DNA of 64,000 bases from Chrysomallon squamiferum (Eukaryota > Animalia > Mollusca): contig CM022665.1 of the NCBI GenBank assembly GCA_012295275.1, positions 35,588,001-35,652,000 of the forward strand, read 5' to 3'. Positions 58,209 to 64,000 of the stretch are shown here, in pieces; positions within the stretch are counted from its first letter, which is position 1; each line of letters opens with the position of its first letter. A program made the position numbers and the translations under genes. The notes beneath the pieces were generated by a model. That model worked only from the letters and a program-made list of their open reading frames with translations, was not told the DNA's origin and did no database searches.

Positions 58209-61200
58209 TTAAGTTTGGCTTGCCTCTGGTGTTGAAGTTAGTATGATGATTTTATCCTCGATGTTGGCTATAAGTTCTTTGTTCAGCTGGCAATCAAGGT
58301 GATCCATTATACTTGGATATGGTTTGTTTGGTGGAACTATAGATTCTTTTGGCAATGCTGTCAAGGCTTCAACAAACTCTTCTACAAAATGAGACCTGAA
58401 AATAAACCCCAATCAAAGGATTAAAACTATAACCACTTAATACCATATTAGTGCAGAAATTATTTAAATTCCATCAGGAACTGTCAGATAACCAGTAGAC
58501 CCAGTAAATAAATACTACTAAAGAATTAAATACGTAAACAAAATAAAAGACATTTACAAAACAACAACAAAAAAAACACCCCAGATTTTAAGCATCAAAA
58601 CTATGATAATCATAAAAGAAAAAGAAAAATATAAAAATATACAAACCAAGCAGTTTGCATTTGGTTGTCCAAATCAACTGGAGATGTATTCTTCAGAATA
58701 TTATCTCCCTGATGTAACATGTTACATATTAAACTTGAACCAAACTGAAAAAACAGGTAATCATTAAAAATAAATATCCAAATATACACAATGATAAAAT
58801 GAAACATTCTGATTGAAAAATCTTTCTAATTGCTAATTTAATAGGATTTATCTGCAATACTGTTAAAAATGTATTATGATACATATCAAATTTCATACGC
58901 CTATATTCTGTAAGTTATTATTCAGTTTTATTTAGGTTTTTTCATAAAGTGTGACAAAACAGATACAGTTTGATGTATGATCTTTTTGATTTTAACATTC
59001 CTCACACAGTAATGCAAAAAAAACAAAAGAAGAAAATTCTGAATACAGAGATAACGATTTCAAAGGGCTTTTAACTTTTTAAATTTCTTTTTCTCCAAAT
59101 ATGAACTTACCTAATTTTATTTCAGATTAATCTAACTAAAAAGATATTTCAACATGTAAACATAAATTAAAAATAATTGATAAAATATAGTATTTACTAT
59201 CAGCATATACCTTGTTTTGCATGAGAGCAGATATTTTTTCCTGGTACTTGTCATCCTCACAGATCTGTTGAGTCAGTCCAACAAGCTGATCTAAGTTTGT
59301 GTTGCCTATTGCATGGCAAACAGCATCAGTCAACATCACCATGCCCTACAAACATTATGTAAAAACAATGGTTTGTCCTGTTATGTATGATGACAGCATT
59401 ATAGTATGGTCAATAGGTTATTATATCAATTTCATTTCAAAATGTCAAGTTTCCACCCCCCTTCCTTTGTTTATTGATTATTAATAACAGTCAGCCAGAT
59501 AATTTGTCCCTCATTTTCTATTTGTCCATATACTGAATAAAAATTAAATCTTATTTTAATGCAGAGTTTTAAATTTATGTCTGCAATTAGAAAACTTGAT
59601 TTAAAAAACACAAACTAAAAAACCCCATTAGTCAACTAGGAATTATTTTTCTGTATGATAAGAACAAATTAACAAAGAATATTTTTTTAAATTTAAAACA
59701 GTCCAAATTTTCATTTTTTTTGCATATTTATTTTCAAAACAAACACTTCTGCAATTAAATCAGCTTTCATGAATGATGTATGCATTGAAGTACTTAAGAT
59801 ATCTTATTTAATTAAATCATTATTAATTATATCTGAAACAGGCAAGTTGAAAGAAAAACATTAAATCTTCATAACCAAACAGTAATGTGCTGCAAAACAG
59901 ATCATACCTCATCCTTCTGGTCTTTCTTCATCAGTTGTCCAAGGTTACACAAGATTAGTGAGACCAGAATTGCAGACTGAGACTATAAATAGGATATATA
60001 AGCAAGAACAAACTTAATATTTACGTTCACAATAAATACAGTATTGATATTTTGATAAGGATTAGAGCCTATCCTAAAATAGTTATTTTTTCTCAGGAAG
60101 AAATAGCAATAAAGAGGTCAATATTTAAATTATAAACATGTAATACTACTATTTTATTAAACTGAATCTCCTGAACCATGGATATAAAACATCCTCTTTC
60201 TTTAAAAATACCTCAAAACAATTAATTAAATTTCTTCTTTTTTTTCTTCTTCAAATATCTGAACATTTTTAAATGACTGTCAAACAGGCGTCCTACCTTG
60301 CTCATATAGGGCAGGACTCTTGCAAGGAGTTTTCTCCCCTTTCTCACAGACATGATTTGAATGAATGTTTCAATGTAATCCTGCATAGACAATGATGTGT
60401 ACAGAAGATTGATCTTGACCTGTCTGTCTTCTAACAATGGAATCCTGGTCAAAATAAAACAGATATCCTAGACTATCAGTAAAATTAATAACTATATTAT
60501 ATAGATTCAACTTTTTTGAATTACATTAAAGAAATAATGAAAGAAATATACACATATCTAATCTGTATGTATCTACACATCTGTCTATCTCTCTATCTCA
60601 TCTATCTATCAATCTGTGTATATATAATAATAATGAAGAAGATACATTTGGTGATTATAACCAAGTAGCAGCTATACAGAAATAATATTTATGAATACTA
60701 ACCTGGTTTCCTCTGGAAGAGCTAGAACTTTCTTCTCTAAGTCATCTATCTCAAGAAGAATGTTAAATCCCTGCCACAAAAAAAGGATCACTTTTCACAA
60801 CTTGTAATATATATACGCATTTTTTTAATCTTTAGAAAATATGTAAGTGATTTGCTTTTTACTGATTTATCACAAAATACAGTAGTTTTAGCAAACGAAT
60901 TTTTAATCTTATAATTACTGTACTTTATCTCAAAGGTTTCCTCAGTTGAAATTAGTTCTGCAAACTAGTTTTATGCTACAGGTAACAGCATTTTTAACTG
61001 TCTTTTGTGCTAGACAGATACATGTATATTTCATACCTTGTAATAAGAAACGTATCACTTATGTTGTACCTTTTCAATATCCATGAGCAACTGTCTAAAA
61101 CGACGCAGCTCTTTGCTGACATTCTTGGACTCTTCACCTGCTTGGCTGAGATTTCTAGCAAGATCAATGATCTGTCTTGGATTATGAACACTGGCAGTAG

Positions 61201-63947
61201 TCAACCTCCCTAGAGATCCTTCAAACTGGGCTGCAAAAAAATTAATATCGTTATTGTGATTAAATTTTAAATATTTTTTTAAAAGTTATTTTTAATACTG
61301 ACCTTCAATAAATTACAAAAACTTAGAGAAAACAAATATTTATACAAAGTAAAATATTTATTATAATCATAATCGTTCAAAGGGATTATTCAGACAATAT
61401 TACCTTTAAATTTAATCTTGTTCTTACCAGGAATGTAGGCCTTGGATTCCATTTTGGCGAGATTTGGTATCACAAGTTTAGGGTCATTTTTGTTATCTCC
61501 ATCACCACTACTTTCTCTCAGTTTCTGACGCTCCAAAGCTTTCTTTTTCAGTGTGTAACACTACAAATGCAGAGGCAGGAAGAAGTTTATATACCACAAT
61601 ATAGAGGTAATAGGAATGGTTGTTGTTATAAAGTTTATTTTAAAGACAACAAATTCTGAAGTAATACTAAAATAATACAAGAGCTAGAAGTTTAGAACAC
61701 TGTCAAAAACCACAAGAATTTCAGTAATTCTTTTCTATGAATTTCAAACATTTTAAATTAATTTTCTCTTGTGAGATTCAAAATTTAGGCAACCCTCTAG
61801 AAAATGACAATAAAGCTACCTTAAAAAAAAAAGAAACATCTTTGAATACCATGTGATAACAGTACATGATTTGTCATTAACTCTATTTTACTAATAATCA
61901 TTAAACATTTCAGAAGAAATACTTTGAATTTTTATTTTGTTCTTTTGAGCAGAGAATACAACTGGATTATTTTCAATGATATGTACAAAGAAAATGTGAT
62001 CTGTGACTTACTGTGTAATAATAATCATCCAGATATGGATTATCAGTCTGCAACTGCATGAGTTGTATCTTCACAATCCACTCTTTTTCTTTCTGTGTCA
62101 TCAACCCATCATACTCATCAACATTCCTGTTGATTTCATGCTGAGGTGGTGCACGGTTATCCCTAACAAATCGACTATTGTACACATGTTTATCATGATG
62201 AATCACAGAGCCATTATATTGGCTGTAAACAGAATAAAATTTACAAAAAAAAAAAAAAAAAAAAAAGGAAGAAACTAAAACAAAAAAAAACATTTTTAAA
62301 GGTTTTCTTAAATTAAATTAAATTAAATAAAATCTTTAAAAAATAAGTTTTAAGAATAGAATAAACTTTAATGTAAAAAAAAAAAAATAAAAATAATAAA
62401 TTAAAATTAATTCTGAGTTACTTTTCATTTGAAACTGAAAAATAACATATACTTTCATAAACTGTTAACATATTATTATGATAGTTATTTTTCTAAAATA
62501 AAAACTGCCTCAGATACTAAATTTAAAAAATAAATAAAAAAAAGATTTCTTGATAAAGAAACCTTTGTTTTACAAAATATTGCTTCAAAATCATATAAAA
62601 ATATATTTTATAATGAAGAATTTTTTAAGTTCTAGACAGCAGATCATTTCACATAACTTACTGGTTGGCTGAGAAATGACGGCCTCTGTTTGTTAAGTAC
62701 CCTCGAGCAAAACCAGGATCACTCATTGCTATTGGACGTGCTATTCTACAAGGGGTGGTTATTTAAAAAAAATATTAAAAATACAGATTATCAAACATGT
62801 TATATACCAATTTACTTCTAGAAATTTAATTTCTTCATTTGAAGGTAAAATCAATATGGAGAAAAATATGTTGGTGTGTGTATATTAAAAATAGGAGTGT
62901 TATATTTATCTGTGTTTTGCCCTCAGGAAAAAAGAATGAGTGTTTATTTTTACATTTTTAATTAATTAAACACTTTCAAATTTAAAAAAAACATTTATAG
63001 TTGTGAAAAAAAAACCCACAAAAAAAACAGCATGACAGCTGCATCAAATGAAGTGTATTACACTCTAATGGAAGTCTTTTAAATTACATACCTTGGTCCA
63101 TGTGGACTACCCATATGAACAAAAGGCAGTCCAGGACCTCTACCTGATTGAGTTATCCGGACTGGATTACTGAATACATGTTGTGGGGAGGTAGAATTTC
63201 CTGAAATATATATATATATATCTATATACATACATATACATACACACACACACATACATATATACACACACATACACACACGTGTTTATGTATGTATGTA
63301 TATAAAAAATATTTAGTTTTTCAATATAAATTTACTCCATCACAGCACATTTAATAACAAAAACAGCTAAAATAAAGAATTACATGAGAAACAACCAAGG
63401 ATGAATGAAGTAGTTTTTGTTTTTATAAATAAATAAAATTAAAACAGCAAGACAAATCACTAATGTCTAATCTGATTATCCTGTTTTTGCTTTTGAACTT
63501 ATTTAACTACTTGACAAATTGTAAAGGAGTTAAAATTCAAAAAAAGAATCAAAACATCCTCTAAATCTAATGTTCATTTTTATTGACTCATTAAATCAGT
63601 GAGTCATTACATTATGAAAACATTAAATATTTGTTACAATTTTTCAACCAATCACTAATGCATATATCATTATATGGGATTAATATGTTAGTCAATTTTA
63701 GAACACAACAAACAAAATTATTAGTACCTTATTAACATGTTTAAAATAAATCAATACATTAACAGAACAATATTAAAAAAAATTTTTGGGTAAGTTTTTT
63801 TCATAAATGACCAAGAGATTAGTAAAGACAACATACCTATAATGTACGTCTGATTGTAAGGGGACATTAAACGTGCTTGAACAGGAGAAGGGGGTCGGTG
63901 GATTGGTAAGGGTGGTGTATATGATCTAGCCAGTGGTGACTGAATAC
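58209..63947 (-). CDS. PATL1: PAT1 homologue (mRNA decapping activator / P-body scaffold); 3' part, 12 coding exons, 5' end beyond the window
   Basis: Exons: 63947-63837, 63200-63092, 62745-62662, 62222-62012 ([33 protein letters not shown], the Pat1 mid-domain signature), 61560-61428, 61230-61070 ([21 protein letters not shown]), 60770-60703, 60444-60297 ([19 protein letters not shown]), 59982-59908, 59345-59211, 58744-58647, 58395-58209. All GT-AG and phase-compatible. Confidence 0.93.
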
Positions 63948-64000
63948 CTGAAAATACATGCAACTAAGCTACTTCAATTTACCAATTGCTGTCGTACCTG

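Overview
AT-rich, microsatellite-dense, intron-containing animal DNA. A mollusc, possibly an octopod cephalopod, is my guess from repeat style only. (1) 1-22 kb has no credible coding exon. It holds a probable non-coding first exon plus CpG-rich promoter of a minus-strand gene running off the left end (~4.6-4.9 kb) and many short motif-rich islands between simple repeats. (2) 22.5-38.5 kb is a tandem cluster of small secreted glycine-rich protein genes: three intact (23456+, 27721+, 37690-), one decayed pseudogene (30920-), one near-identical but frameshifted copy of gene 2 (32318+), and an orphan 3' end of a further paralogue. They share a TATA / tiny non-coding exon / single coding exon / 3'-UTR intron layout and a YxxY C-terminus. 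Two intact members carry tandem HGGGW motifs identical to the Cu(II)-binding core of the prion-protein octarepeat. (3) An intact six-exon alpha-class-like glutathione S-transferase lies at 47787-51639 (-). (4) The last 12 coding exons of a PAT1/PATL1 mRNA-decapping activator gene lie at 58209-63947 (-). Almost all other ORFs in the track are microsatellite or shadow-frame artefacts.
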